From: an uncultured Chloroflexia bacterium
GTDB lineage: Bacteria > Chloroflexota > Limnocylindria > Limnocylindrales > CSP1-4
Length of the DNA: 64,000 nucleotides
Direction of reading: 5' to 3'
Assembly (NCBI GenBank): GCA_963748235.1
Contig: CAVVHT010000009.1
Coordinates: forward strand, 1,094,756-1,158,755
Below, piece after piece: positions 45,121-54,470 of this stretch. The first letter of the stretch is position 1. Each line of letters starts with the position of its first letter. The position numbers and the translations under genes are program-made. The notes under the pieces are model-generated. The model saw nothing but the letters and a program-made list of their open reading frames with translations. It was not told where the DNA came from and searched no databases.

Positions 45121-47603
45121 CGCCGGTCGAATGCCGCGCGCACGCGCTCGACCAGCCTGCTCCTCCACATCAACAGGACGAGCACTGCCCAGACCAGCGC
45201 TGCTCCGCCGATGAACGCGGCGTCAGGCCAGGTCAGTGGTGTCAGCTCGAAGAAGTCGCGCACGGGCGGGATGATGAAGAAGAGGCCGTAAAGGGCGAGC
45301 AAGGCAAGCGCGAGGACGGTCGGCCGGACATCGGCGCCGTCGGCGTCGGCGCCGCTCATCGACTCGCCGACCGGCGGCTCGAGCAGCGGCAAGAGGCCGA
45401 GGCCACAGAACACGGCAAAGGTAGTGAACGCGGTTCGCGCGTAGACCAGGTCGTCGGTCGAATTGAAGAAGTAGTAGTAGATCGGCAGGCCCAGCGCGGC
45501 GAGTACGAGCGCAGGCGGGATAACGAGGCGCAGGATGCGCCGGAGCGAATCGAGGCCGGGTCGGGCGGGCCTCGCCCACAGGGCCAGAAACAGCGCGGGA
45601 ATGCCGACCGTCAGCAGGGCCAGCACGGTGTTGTGGCGTGGCGAGACGGGCATTGCCAGGCCGAGCAACGCGGCGCCGAAGATGACGAGCGCCATGTACA
45701 TCGCGCGAGTCAGGAAGAGATGCAGGCTGTCCTGCATGCCGCTGATGATCCGCTGCCCCTCGACGACCGCGGCCGGCAGCGCTGAGAAAGAATCCTCGAG
45801 CAGCACCATGTCGGCGACGGCGCGCGTCGCCTGGCTGCCGCTCTGCATCGAGATGCCGAGGTGCGCCTGCTTGAGCGACATCACGTCGTTGACGCCGTCG
45901 CCGACCATCGCTACCCAGTAGCCGCGGGAGCGGAGTGCCTCGACCAGCCGGGCCTTGAGCGACGGCGGAACGCGGCCGAAGATCGTTGCCTTGCCGACGA
46001 CGTCGGCGAGGCCGGCGTCGTCCATCTCGATCAGGTCGATGCCGGACATCGGCGGCCCCTCGATCACCAGGCCGATCTGGCGCGTCAGTGCCGCAACTGT
46101 GGTCGGGTTGTCGCCCGAGATGAGCTTCAGCCGCACACCGGCAGCGGTGAGTCGTTCGAGCGTTTCGCGCGCATCGGGCCGGAGCTGCTCGCGCAGGGCG
46201 AACAGAGCAAGCGGCCTGATGCCCTCCGGAATGACCGCTGCATCACCCGGGTCGCGCAACGAGGCCGTGTCCGGCACTCGGGCAAAGAGCATCACGCGCA
46301 GGCCCTCGTCGGCCCATTGGCTGGTGACGCCGCCGATGTCGGTCGCGACCGGGCCGCTCTGGCCACCCTCGGCGCGCGGCGCAACCACCTCCGGCGCGCC
46401 GAGGATGTAGCTCGCGCCCGACGCGTAGCGCAGCCCGCTCCAGCGGAGCTCGGACGAGAAGGTCACCTCGTCGGCGATCTCCTGTTTCGTGCCCTTGTAG
46501 GCCACGCGCAGCGCGTCCGCGCTGCGCGTGGCCAGCGTCGCCGAGGCGAGGAAGTCGCCGAGCGCGGTCGACACTTCCGCCTCATCGGCAAACGCCTGGA
46601 CACGCACCAGCTCGATCAGCGGTGTAGTCAGCGTGCCCGTCTTGTCGAGGCATAGCACATCCACGCGGCTCATCGACTCGACAGCGCTGGAGCGTTGGAT
46701 GAGCGCCTTGCCGCCGGCGAGGCGGACTATGGCCAGCGCATAGGTGACGGTGATCATCACCACCAGGCCCTGCGGCACAAGCGCGATGAGCACGGCCGCG
46801 GCGCGCGCGGTGGCGACCGGATCGAGCCCGCCGAACGTCATCCAAATGCCGATCGTCACCGGCACGGCGGCGATGGCGACAAGGAAGCTCATCGCTCGCA
46901 TCACCCTCGACACGTCGCGCTGGAGCGGAGTGGCATCCTCACGGAACGCTCGCGCCGCGCTCGTCAGCCGGTTGGCGAACGACTCAGCGCCGACGCGCGT
47001 AGCGCGGTACGTGGCTGAGCCGCTGACGCACACGCTGCCCGACAGCACTTCGTCGCCGGCGTTCTTCGGGATCCGGTCGGCCTCGCCGGTCAGCAGCGAT
47101 TCGTCGACCTCCATCGCACCACTGACCACGCGACCGTCGAGCATCAGCTGATCGCCGAGGCGGACGATCATCAGGTCGCCCAGGACCGCCTCGCGCTGAT
47201 CGGTGACCCGCTCGGTCCCCGAGCGCAGGATCGTTGCCGTGGGTCGGGTGAGAATGCTTAGCCGATCGAGAGTCTGCTTGGCGCGCGCCTCCTGGTACAC
47301 GCCGACCACGACGTTGACGACGACCAGCACGACCGTGACGGCAGCGTCGCCGTACAACCCGAGCACGGCCAGGACGACCGAGATGCCGACGAGCAGCAGG
47401 TTGACCGGGTTGAGCGCGTTGTCGCGCAGGATCTCGAAGTAGCTGCGCCCCGTGCGGATGGCCGCATCGTTGCCCAGGCCCTGGGCGCGGCGCTGCTGGG
47501 CCTCTTCGTCGCTCAGCCCCTCGGCGGGCGTCGGAGGCAGCTTGTCGAGTCGCGGGTCGTCGCGAACGTCATCGGTCATTCGCCTGATCGTCGCACAGGA
47601 CAA
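45099..47603 (-). CDS. Cation-translocating P-type ATPase (start TTG 47603 or ATG 47579)
   Basis: CLDKTGTLT phosphorylation motif, TGEA-type (LTGEAD), MVGDGVNDVMSLKQAHLGISM, and ~10 TM segments. Confidence 0.9.
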   Translation of the reverse strand: MSCATIRRMTDDVRDDPRLDKLPPTPAEGLSDEEAQQRRAQGLGNDAAIRTGRSYFEILRDNALNPVNLLLVGISVVLAVLGLYGDAAVTVVLVVVNVVVGVYQEARAKQTLDRLSILTRPTATILRSGTERVTDQREAVLGDLMIVRLGDQLMLDGRVVSGAMEVDESLLTGEADRIPKNAGDEVLSGSVCVSGSATYRATRVGAESFANRLTSAARAFREDATPLQRDVSRVMRAMSFLVAIAAVPVTIGIWMTFGGLDPVATARAAAVLIALVPQGLVVMITVTYALAIVRLAGGKALIQRSSAVESMSRVDVLCLDKTGTLTTPLIELVRVQAFADEAEVSTALGDFLASATLATRSADALRVAYKGTKQEIADEVTFSSELRWSGLRYASGASYILGAPEVVAPRAEGGQSGPVATDIGGVTSQWADEGLRVMLFARVPDTASLRDPGDAAVIPEGIRPLALFALREQLRPDARETLERLTAAGVRLKLISGDNPTTVAALTRQIGLVIEGPPMSGIDLIEMDDAGLADVVGKATIFGRVPPSLKARLVEALRSRGYWVAMVGDGVNDVMSLKQAHLGISMQSGSQATRAVADMVLLEDSFSALPAAVVEGQRIISGMQDSLHLFLTRAMYMALVIFGAALLGLAMPVSPRHNTVLALLTVGIPALFLALWARPARPGLDSLRRILRLVIPPALVLAALGLPIYYYFFNSTDDLVYARTAFTTFAVFCGLGLLPLLEPPVGESMSGADADGADVRPTVLALALLALYGLFFIIPPVRDFFELTPLTWPDAAFIGGAALVWAVLVLLMWRSRLVERVRAAFDRRQSPTGA

Positions 47604-47649
47604 TCAGCGCGGCGCAGCCCCTGGACACTCGCGGGGTGAGGCCCGGAGT

Positions 47650-48153
47650 TCAGCGGGCGACGAGCACCGGGCAGCCGCTGTTGTTGATGACGTAGTCGGA
47701 CACGCTGCCGAGCAGGAACCGGCCTGCTCGACCACGACCACGCGTGCCAACCACGATCATGTCCGCCAGTTCGGCCTCGGCGGCGGCAACGATGCCCGGC
47801 CCGGCGTCACCCGTCCAGAGCAGGAAGTTGGCATCGATGCCCCTTGCGCGGCCGCGCTCGACGATCTCGAGCAGCCGCGGCTCGCGCTGAGCGCGATGCT
47901 GGTCGATGCGCGGTGTGGGCGATCTGACTCTGCTCGGATCGTCCAGCTTCTCAGACCCGTCGATCACGTTGACCACCAGCAGGCTTGCCTGCAGCCTGGC
48001 GCATAGTTCGATTGCCTGGCGGGTGGCCTCGTCCGACGCGGGTGACAGGTCGGTCGCCAGCAGGATAGTGCGGATGGCCTTCGGTCGGGCGCCATCGTGG
48101 CCGGCGTTGCTGGCCGCACTGGTGGTCAAGGAGCTAGGCAGGTTGACCACCAC
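47650..48153 (-). CDS. Universal stress protein (UspA family)
   Basis: ILLATDLSPASDEA...DMIVVGTRGRGRAGRFLLGSVSDYVINNSGCPVLV. The start lies 1 nt after the MCO stop. Confidence 0.85.
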   Translation of the reverse strand: MVVNLPSSLTTSAASNAGHDGARPKAIRTILLATDLSPASDEATRQAIELCARLQASLLVVNVIDGSEKLDDPSRVRSPTPRIDQHRAQREPRLLEIVERGRARGIDANFLLWTGDAGPGIVAAAEAELADMIVVGTRGRGRAGRFLLGSVSDYVINNSGCPVLVAR

Positions 48154-48154
48154 G

Positions 48155-49324
48155 TCAGCTCTCGACGATCAGGGCGGTGACCATGCCGAACATTCCGGAG
48201 TGGCCCTCGGCGTGGGTCAGGATGTGGCAGTGGAACGCCCACGTGCCGGGATTGTTGCAGTCGACGATCACGTCCCAGCGCTCGCCGGGATTCACGCCGA
48301 GCGTGTCGCATGTGAATGCCGCGCCGCCAAGCGGGTATCCGTCGCGCGCGACCACGCGCATGGGCATCCCGTGCAGGTGCCACGGGTGCATCATCACGCC
48401 CTCGTTCATGAAACGGATCAGCACCTGCTGGCCCTGGCGGGCGACGATCGGCGCCGTGGCCGGAAAGCCCTTGCCGTTGATGGTGAAGCCACCCAGCGCG
48501 TCATTGCTGATCCAGACGATGTCCTGGTCGACCTGGTAGCGGAGTGCGGGGTCGCGCGGCTCGACGATGAACGCGCCGAGCATTCCGCGGCCGACCTGGT
48601 CTGTCGCGTTGTGATGCGAGTGGTACATGTGCGACCCGGACGGCCCGGCAACGAACTCGTAAGTGAATGTCTCGCCAGGCTTGATCGGCGGCTGGGTCAG
48701 GTATGGCACGCCGTCCATGGCGTTGGGCACGTTCTGGCCGTGGAAGTGCATGCCGGTCGACTCATCGAGGTCGTTGCGGTGGACGATCCGAACACGATCA
48801 CCCTCGGTTACCCGAACCTGCGGGCCCGGCCACGTCCCGTTGTAGCCAACCGCGTTTACCGGCTCCTTGAGCGCGTCGATCTGCCACGCGAATGCCGATG
48901 AGGTCAGCTCGAACACCTTCGTCGCGCCATCAAGCGTTGGCGCCAGGATCTGATTTCCGACCAACGCGGTTTGCTCGGGAAAGCGCTTGACCACGGCCTC
49001 GGCCAGCACGTCCATCTCATCGCCCGCCGACGAGCCGGGTGTCGCGGTTGAACCGTGTGCATGTGTGGCTGCCGCCGTTGCGCTGGGTGTCGGCGAGGGA
49101 GTCGGGCTGCCGCTCGGCGCCGCCGTCGATGGACGGAACGTCCAGCCCGGCAGGCCTGTCGGCGCGCAGGCCGCGACTACCACTGCGGCGGCGCCGGCCG
49201 CGCCCACTGCCGAGCCACGTAGGAAGCCGCGACGGGACAGGGAAGCGGCCAGGCCTTCGAGCGGTCGTCCGCTGGGCTGGCTGGCATCTTTGGACGGGAC
49301 GTGATGATCGGCAGCGTCGGTCAT
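48155..49324 (-). CDS. Tat-exported two-domain multicopper oxidase (small-laccase-like), probable lipoprotein
   Basis: ATG 49324. Twin-arginine SRRGFLRGS and ...VVVAAC. Copper motifs HFHG, HSHH, HPWHLHG and HCHILTHAE..GM. Confidence 0.85.
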   Translation of the reverse strand: MTDAADHHVPSKDASQPSGRPLEGLAASLSRRGFLRGSAVGAAGAAAVVVAACAPTGLPGWTFRPSTAAPSGSPTPSPTPSATAAATHAHGSTATPGSSAGDEMDVLAEAVVKRFPEQTALVGNQILAPTLDGATKVFELTSSAFAWQIDALKEPVNAVGYNGTWPGPQVRVTEGDRVRIVHRNDLDESTGMHFHGQNVPNAMDGVPYLTQPPIKPGETFTYEFVAGPSGSHMYHSHHNATDQVGRGMLGAFIVEPRDPALRYQVDQDIVWISNDALGGFTINGKGFPATAPIVARQGQQVLIRFMNEGVMMHPWHLHGMPMRVVARDGYPLGGAAFTCDTLGVNPGERWDVIVDCNNPGTWAFHCHILTHAEGHSGMFGMVTALIVES

Positions 49325-49412
49325 GTGGGCATGCTTGCTGCTCGTCGAGCAAGCCGACAGTGACCTTTGGCCCATAACTGCGGGCCGAATAGGCGCTGCT
49401 AGCCTGTCGTCG

Positions 49413-50918
49413 ATGAAAGCGGTGGAGGGCGGCACCCTGCCCGTTCACGAGCTGCTGGCGCGCCTGGACGAATGGCGCCGCGACCCGTCAATGGACACGG
49501 AGGCGATCGCTGCGACGATCCAGCGTCTGCTCGACGCGTACGGAGGTCGAGGCGCTTTCGTGCACGTCGAAGCGCCGCCTCTGCCCATGCTCGATCTCGG
49601 TATCGGCTCGCTGACCGAGCGCCCCAGCGGCGGCGGGCCAATCCAGCGCCATCTCGAGATAGGCATCGACGCTGCACCGGACCGGACGGCCATGCTCTGG
49701 ATAGACGGGTCGCCAGTCGCTGCGGCGATGGTCGGTGACGCGATAAATCTCGTGCTCGATGCCGTCTGGTCGAAGCAGGAGGCCGAGGCCACCCGGCAAC
49801 AGCTCGGAGCGCTCGATGTGGCGGTGCGTGGCATTGCCAGCATCGGCTCCGTTGAGCAGGTACTGCAACACATCGTCGATCGCGTCCGGGAGCTGGTCTC
49901 CGCCCAATATGCGGCGCTGGGCATCGCCGGCCCCTTCGGCGAGCTGCTTCAGTTCATCACCAGCGGCATAACCGCTGAGCAACGCGCGGCGATCGGTCCG
50001 CTGCCGCGCGGCCACGGCCTGCTTGGATTCATCATCCGCGAGGACAGCTCGATGGTCATTGATGACATCGCACGCGACGATCGGCGCTTCGGCTTTCCCG
50101 ACAATCATCCGGAGATGCACTCGTTTCTCGGCACGCCGGTGCGAAGCCGCGGGCGGACGATCGGCAACCTGTACCTGACCAACAAGCTGCACGCGCTGCG
50201 TTTCTCGACGGACGACCTCCAGCTCGTCGAGCGATTCGCCCTGCATGCCGGGATTGCGATCGAAAACGCGCGGCTGCACGAAGAGATCCAGCGGCTGGCC
50301 GTCGTGGAAGAGCGCCAGCGCATCAGCCAGGACCTGCACGATTCGATCATCCAGAGCCTGTATGCGACTTCGCTATCGCTCGAGGACCTGCCCGAGGTGA
50401 TAAGCGAGGATCCAGAGGAAGGGGCAGCCCGAGCCGACCGGGCGATCGACTCGATCCACGCCACGATCCGCGACATCCGCAACTTCATCATGGGACTGCA
50501 GCCAGAGCTGCTCGAGGATTCCGATCTGGCCACCGGAATCGAGACTCTCGCGGCCGAGTTCAGGGCCAACACGATGATCGACCTCGAGGTGCACATACGG
50601 CTCGGGACGCAGCCCGTCGAGCCCGACAACGCAGTCCATGTGCTGGCCATCACCCGCGAGGCGCTGAGCAACATTGCCCGTCATTCCGGCGCAACAAGGG
50701 CGACGGTCGAGCTGTCGATGGACGGCGGCTCGTTGCTCTTGATCATCGGCGACAATGGCCGGGGATTCGATCCCGACCAGGCGCGCACCAGCAGGCAGCA
50801 CGGGCTGACTAATCTGCGTTCCAGAGCTGAGGCGGTGGGCGGAACGTTGACGTTCGTCAGCGAGCCCGGTGCGGGCACGCGGGTCGAGACATCGCTACCG
50901 ACAGGAGTCGAGGGTTGA
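49413..50918 (+). CDS. GAF-domain sensor histidine kinase (HisKA_3 / NarL-partner type; start uncertain)
   Basis: GAF-like region (...LGFIIREDSSMVIDDIARDDRRFGF...FLGTPV), H-box ERQRISQDLHDSIIQSLYA, and ATPase N/G boxes (NIARHS, GDNGRGFD, GLTNLRSRAEAVGG). Confidence 0.85.
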   Translation: MKAVEGGTLPVHELLARLDEWRRDPSMDTEAIAATIQRLLDAYGGRGAFVHVEAPPLPMLDLGIGSLTERPSGGGPIQRHLEIGIDAAPDRTAMLWIDGSPVAAAMVGDAINLVLDAVWSKQEAEATRQQLGALDVAVRGIASIGSVEQVLQHIVDRVRELVSAQYAALGIAGPFGELLQFITSGITAEQRAAIGPLPRGHGLLGFIIREDSSMVIDDIARDDRRFGFPDNHPEMHSFLGTPVRSRGRTIGNLYLTNKLHALRFSTDDLQLVERFALHAGIAIENARLHEEIQRLAVVEERQRISQDLHDSIIQSLYATSLSLEDLPEVISEDPEEGAARADRAIDSIHATIRDIRNFIMGLQPELLEDSDLATGIETLAAEFRANTMIDLEVHIRLGTQPVEPDNAVHVLAITREALSNIARHSGATRATVELSMDGGSLLLIIGDNGRGFDPDQARTSRQHGLTNLRSRAEAVGGTLTFVSEPGAGTRVETSLPTGVEG

Positions 50919-51580
50919 CCGAAGAACCAGTACGACAGCACAGGCTGCTCGTCGTCGATGACCACGAAGTCGTCCGCCAGGGCTTGGTCGCGATGCTCGA
51001 TCGGCGTCCCGGCTTTCAGGTGGTTGCGGAAGCAGGCACGGTCGCCGAGTCGATCGAGATGGCGCGCCATCACAAGCCCGATCTGGTGGTCATGGATGTT
51101 CGCCTGCCTGACGGATCGGGCATCGAGGCATGCCGCGATATCCGTGCCGAGCTGCCCGAGACGCGGGTGGTGATGCTGACCAGCTACCCCGACGAAGAGG
51201 CGGTTTTCTCGGCGATCGTCGCCGGCGCCAGCGGCTACCTGCTCAAGCAGGTGCGCGGCCGCGACCTTGTGGCCGCGCTCGAGGCCGTCGGCCGCGGCGA
51301 ATCGCTGCTCGATCCGGCCGTGACGGCGAAGGTGCTCGAGCGCGTTCGACGCATCGCCACCGGCGGCGCGACCGACGATCTGGCACAGCTGACCGCGCAG
51401 GAGCAGAAGATCCTGCTCCTCGTCGCCGAGGGCAAGACCAACAAGGAAATCGCGGCCGAGGTGTTCCTGTCCGACAAGACGGTCAAGAACTACGTCAGCT
51501 CGATTCTCTCCAAGCTCAACCTGCAGCGTCGCGCTCAGGCCGCCGCCTACATGGCCAAGCGTCAGACCGGAGGCGGCTGA
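50915..51580 (+). CDS. NarL/LuxR-family response regulator (DevR/DosR-like architecture)
   Basis: The TTG start overlaps the kinase stop. Receiver domain (LVVDDHEVV...DLVVMDVRLPDGSG...KQ) plus LuxR HTH (LTAQEQKILLLVAEGKTNKEIAAEVFLSDKTVKNYVSSI). Confidence 0.9.
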   Translation: MTEEPVRQHRLLVVDDHEVVRQGLVAMLDRRPGFQVVAEAGTVAESIEMARHHKPDLVVMDVRLPDGSGIEACRDIRAELPETRVVMLTSYPDEEAVFSAIVAGASGYLLKQVRGRDLVAALEAVGRGESLLDPAVTAKVLERVRRIATGGATDDLAQLTAQEQKILLLVAEGKTNKEIAAEVFLSDKTVKNYVSSILSKLNLQRRAQAAAYMAKRQTGGG

Positions 51581-51609
51581 GCCTCAGCCGAGCGCTCAGA
51601 ATTCAGAAC

Positions 51610-52719
51610 TCAGTCGGACTCGCGCGATGGAGCGCGATCAACAGGACGACCGATCCGGCGCCAAACGACCCTAGAGCAGCTCTTCGTCGTCCTCGCTCTC
51701 GATCGCCTGCGCCCAACGCGGCGCGAGCTGGCGCGCAGCTCGGCGGGCAGGACGGTCGGGCGATCTGGCAAAAGCTCGGGCACGAGCGGAATCACCACAT
51801 CGACGGCCCCCGAGTCAGCCGCTGCGACGTGGGCCGGGTAAGGCGCGGAGGTGAGCAGGCGCAACACGCGCGAATTGCCGACCAGGGCCGTGGCCAGGAT
51901 GGCCTCGAAATGGCGCGCGGTCGCCCACTCGAGGGCGGCCACCATGAGTCGCCGGCCGATGCCGCGGCCCTGCACCGCGTCGCTCACGGCAACGGCCAGC
52001 TCGAGCCGTCCTGGACCCGCGGGTTCGAGACACAGGTGGCCCACCACTCGCGGGCGATCTCCATCGCGCAGGAGCGCGACGAAGCCTTCGTCGTGCATGT
52101 GGTCTGGGGTGCAGAACGAGCGAACGGCATCGTCGCTCAGGTTTCCTGATCCCAGGAATCGGGCGTAGCGGCTGTCCGGCGAGAGGCTCGCGTAGAAGTC
52201 GGGCAGCAGCTCCCGATCGGAGGGTTGGATGCGGCGTACAACCAAGTCGCCGTCGTTGGAACTGCCCGTCGGCTTCGTCGAGTCGATCCCGCCATCACGA
52301 GCCTCGACAACGCCGGCCAGATTTGCGCGGGCAAGGCGGCCGACGAGCGCCTTCTGTGCCTCGGCGAACACTTCGTGGACCTCGCACGGGTTGTCTGCGT
52401 TGCACTTTCCATCGCGCAACACGCACGTCGTACGTCGCGTATCGCCCTCGACTGCCTCGACGAGCGCCATGATGCTGATCTCGCCCGGTGGGACCGCGAG
52501 ACGGTAGCCACCTGACCGGCCGATCTTTGCCTCAACCAGCCCGGCGTGGACCAGGTCGCCCATCACATGGGTCACGAAGTGGCCGGGAATGTTGGCTTCA
52601 GCCGCGATGGCAGCCCCACTCGTCGTTCGGTCGGGATGCCGGGCAAGGCAAAGCATTCCGCGGATGGCGTAGTCGGCGCGGCGGGTCAGCTCAAGTCGCA
52701 CGCCTACAGTTCGCCTCAT
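51610..52719 (-). CDS. Rrf2-family (Fe-S-type) transcriptional regulator fused to a C-terminal GNAT acetyltransferase domain
   Basis: ATG 52719. LTRRADYAIRGMLCLA...wHTH...three Cys CVLRDGKCNADNPC (C-x6-C-x5-C), then IQPSDRELLPDFYASLSPDSRYARF...VSDAVQGRGIGRRLM (GNAT motif A). Basic Arg-rich tail. Confidence 0.8.
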   Translation of the reverse strand: MRRTVGVRLELTRRADYAIRGMLCLARHPDRTTSGAAIAAEANIPGHFVTHVMGDLVHAGLVEAKIGRSGGYRLAVPPGEISIMALVEAVEGDTRRTTCVLRDGKCNADNPCEVHEVFAEAQKALVGRLARANLAGVVEARDGGIDSTKPTGSSNDGDLVVRRIQPSDRELLPDFYASLSPDSRYARFLGSGNLSDDAVRSFCTPDHMHDEGFVALLRDGDRPRVVGHLCLEPAGPGRLELAVAVSDAVQGRGIGRRLMVAALEWATARHFEAILATALVGNSRVLRLLTSAPYPAHVAAADSGAVDVVIPLVPELLPDRPTVLPAELRASSRRVGRRRSRARTTKSCSRVVWRRIGRPVDRAPSRESD

Positions 52720-52745
52720 TTTCGGCCCACGGAATAGGGCCAAAC

Positions 52746-52784
52746 GGCACGTGCCCCGCGGCGAAAGGATCACCAATCTGGTGA
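52746..52784. promoter_or_regulatory. Two perfect palindromes (GGCACGTGCC at 52746-52755; TCACCA-ATC-TGGTGA at 52770-52784) in the Rrf2-GNAT / nirK divergent region
   Basis: Read directly in the 98-bp intergenic region. Candidate operator(s) for the adjacent Rrf2 regulator. Confidence 0.45.
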
Positions 52785-52817
52785 CAGTTCCTCTCGCTGA
52801 TCCATACGGAGGCCGGA

Positions 52818-54410
52818 ATGCGCTCGCCCCTGCGAATCATGACCATCATTCTCATCACGGCCAGCCTAACCATCGCCTGTGCCGGCAAGCGCGGGCCGAC
52901 CTGGACCTACAGTCCCGACTCGACCGGACTGCCCGGCGCACTGGCTTCGCCGACAGCGTCTGCCGACGGGGTGGTGTCGGGCAGCGTGATTCCCGACCTC
53001 ACGCCCAAGTCGGATCTGGGACTCGTACCAGCGGGCGAGGTCAACGTCACCTATGCACCGAATGTGCCACCGGCCGCGACCCGCACCAGCCAGGCCATCG
53101 TTGAGGTCGAGTTCGACATCGTCGAGGGGATCAAGGCGATCGATCCCGCCCGCGGCACCGAGTACGTCACCTGGGGCTACCGGATCCGGGGTGACGAGCA
53201 GACCACCTCGGGAACCCCCGGCCCGCTGGTACGCGCCCGGGTTGGCGACGTACTGCGCTTCACGATCACCAACCTGCCGACCAACTCGATGCCCCACAAC
53301 GTCGACTTCCACGCCGTGACCGGGCAGGGCGGTGGCGCCGCCGACACGACGGTCAATCCCGGTGAGACGGCGATCATCGAAGGCCGACTCCTTTACCCCG
53401 GCATGTTCATGTACCACTGCGCCGCGGGCGATGTGCCCGGCCACATTGCCCAGGGCATGTACGGCGGCATACTGGTCGACCCAGCCGAGCCGCTTCCGCC
53501 GGTCGAGCACGAGCTGTACATGGTCCAGTCGGAGTACTACACGGCCGACGCTGGCGATGGCGCTTTGACGACCGATCGCGCTGCGATGACCGACGAGCAT
53601 CCTTCTCACGTGGTCTTCAACGGCGCCGTCGGCGCGCTGACGGGCGACAACGCGCCGCGCATCCAGGTTGGCGAGACCATGCGCATCTACTTCGTCAATG
53701 CCGGTCTCAACCTCGATTCAAACTTCCATCCCATCGGATCGCACTGGGACAAGGTCTACCAGGAGGGGGCGTTGCTCAACGCGCCCCTGCGCGGCTCGCA
53801 GACGACGCTCGTCCCGGCCGGTGGCGGCACAGTCGTCGAACTGATCGGCCAGGTCCCGGCAACTATCGTGCTGGTCGATCACGCACTGACCCGCGCCTTC
53901 GACAAGGGAGCCATCGGCCAGGTCGTGGTCACGGGTGCGCCCAACCCGGAAATCTTCGAGCCGTTCGGGCTGACGGGCTCGCCCGCACCGGCGCCGGCCG
54001 TGCCTTCGACGTCACCGTCCATCAGCAGCTCGCCGGCGGCTAGCGGCTCGCCCGCGGCTAGCGGCTCGCCCGCGGCTAGCGGCTCACCCGGCACTGCCGT
54101 CGACGTGAGCATCCTTCCCAGCTCGTCGACTTTCCAGGCTGCCGACGCACCCGACGAGTTCGCCGAATCCGAGGCGCCCGCCGACTACAGCGTCAACGAG
54201 CTGATGATCACCCTGGGCACTACCGTCACCTGGACCAACAATGAGACCGGCATGATCCACACCGTCAGCGCCGTCGATGGCTCGTTCGACTCAGGCATCC
54301 TGCAGCCCGGCCAGAGCTTCAGCTACACATTCAACGATCCCGGTGACATCGAGTACTTCTGCTCGCCCCACCCGTGGATGCGCGCGCGCGTAAGCGTGAT
54401 GATGCACTGA
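52818..54410 (+). CDS. nirK: Copper-containing nitrite reductase with C-terminal amicyanin-like cupredoxin domain, probable lipoprotein
   Basis: Lipobox LTIAC. NirK ligands and catalytic residues are in HNVDFHAVTG, YHCAAGDVPGHIAQGMYG, NFHPIGSHWD and LVDHAL. A (PAASGS)3 linker precedes a ~95-aa domain with His (IHTV) and CSPHPWM (C-x2-H-x2-M, as in amicyanin CTPHPFM). Confidence 0.88.
   Translation: MRSPLRIMTIILITASLTIACAGKRGPTWTYSPDSTGLPGALASPTASADGVVSGSVIPDLTPKSDLGLVPAGEVNVTYAPNVPPAATRTSQAIVEVEFDIVEGIKAIDPARGTEYVTWGYRIRGDEQTTSGTPGPLVRARVGDVLRFTITNLPTNSMPHNVDFHAVTGQGGGAADTTVNPGETAIIEGRLLYPGMFMYHCAAGDVPGHIAQGMYGGILVDPAEPLPPVEHELYMVQSEYYTADAGDGALTTDRAAMTDEHPSHVVFNGAVGALTGDNAPRIQVGETMRIYFVNAGLNLDSNFHPIGSHWDKVYQEGALLNAPLRGSQTTLVPAGGGTVVELIGQVPATIVLVDHALTRAFDKGAIGQVVVTGAPNPEIFEPFGLTGSPAPAPAVPSTSPSISSSPAASGSPAASGSPAASGSPGTAVDVSILPSSSTFQAADAPDEFAESEAPADYSVNELMITLGTTVTWTNNETGMIHTVSAVDGSFDSGILQPGQSFSYTFNDPGDIEYFCSPHPWMRARVSVMMH
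54033..54086 (+). repeat. Three tandem 18-bp units (CCGGCGGCTAGCGGCTCG and variants) encoding PAASGS linker repeats
   Basis: Read directly, inside nirK between the catalytic and cupredoxin domains. Confidence 0.85.
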
Positions 54411-54470
54411 GCGGGCCGCACAATTGGGCACGCTAGCCGTGCCGACAAGGCTGGAAGGAATCGTTCCCTG

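Noticed and set aside
49360-49373. DosR-type palindrome (GGGACT-N2-AGTCCC) in the MCO / kinase divergent promoter (GTGACCTTTGGCCC), plus a GGGACT half-site near 62903 upstream of the hydrogenase operon.
   Set aside because: There are only about 10/14 matches, poor internal symmetry and a single half-site. This is not sufficient to claim DosR-like boxes.
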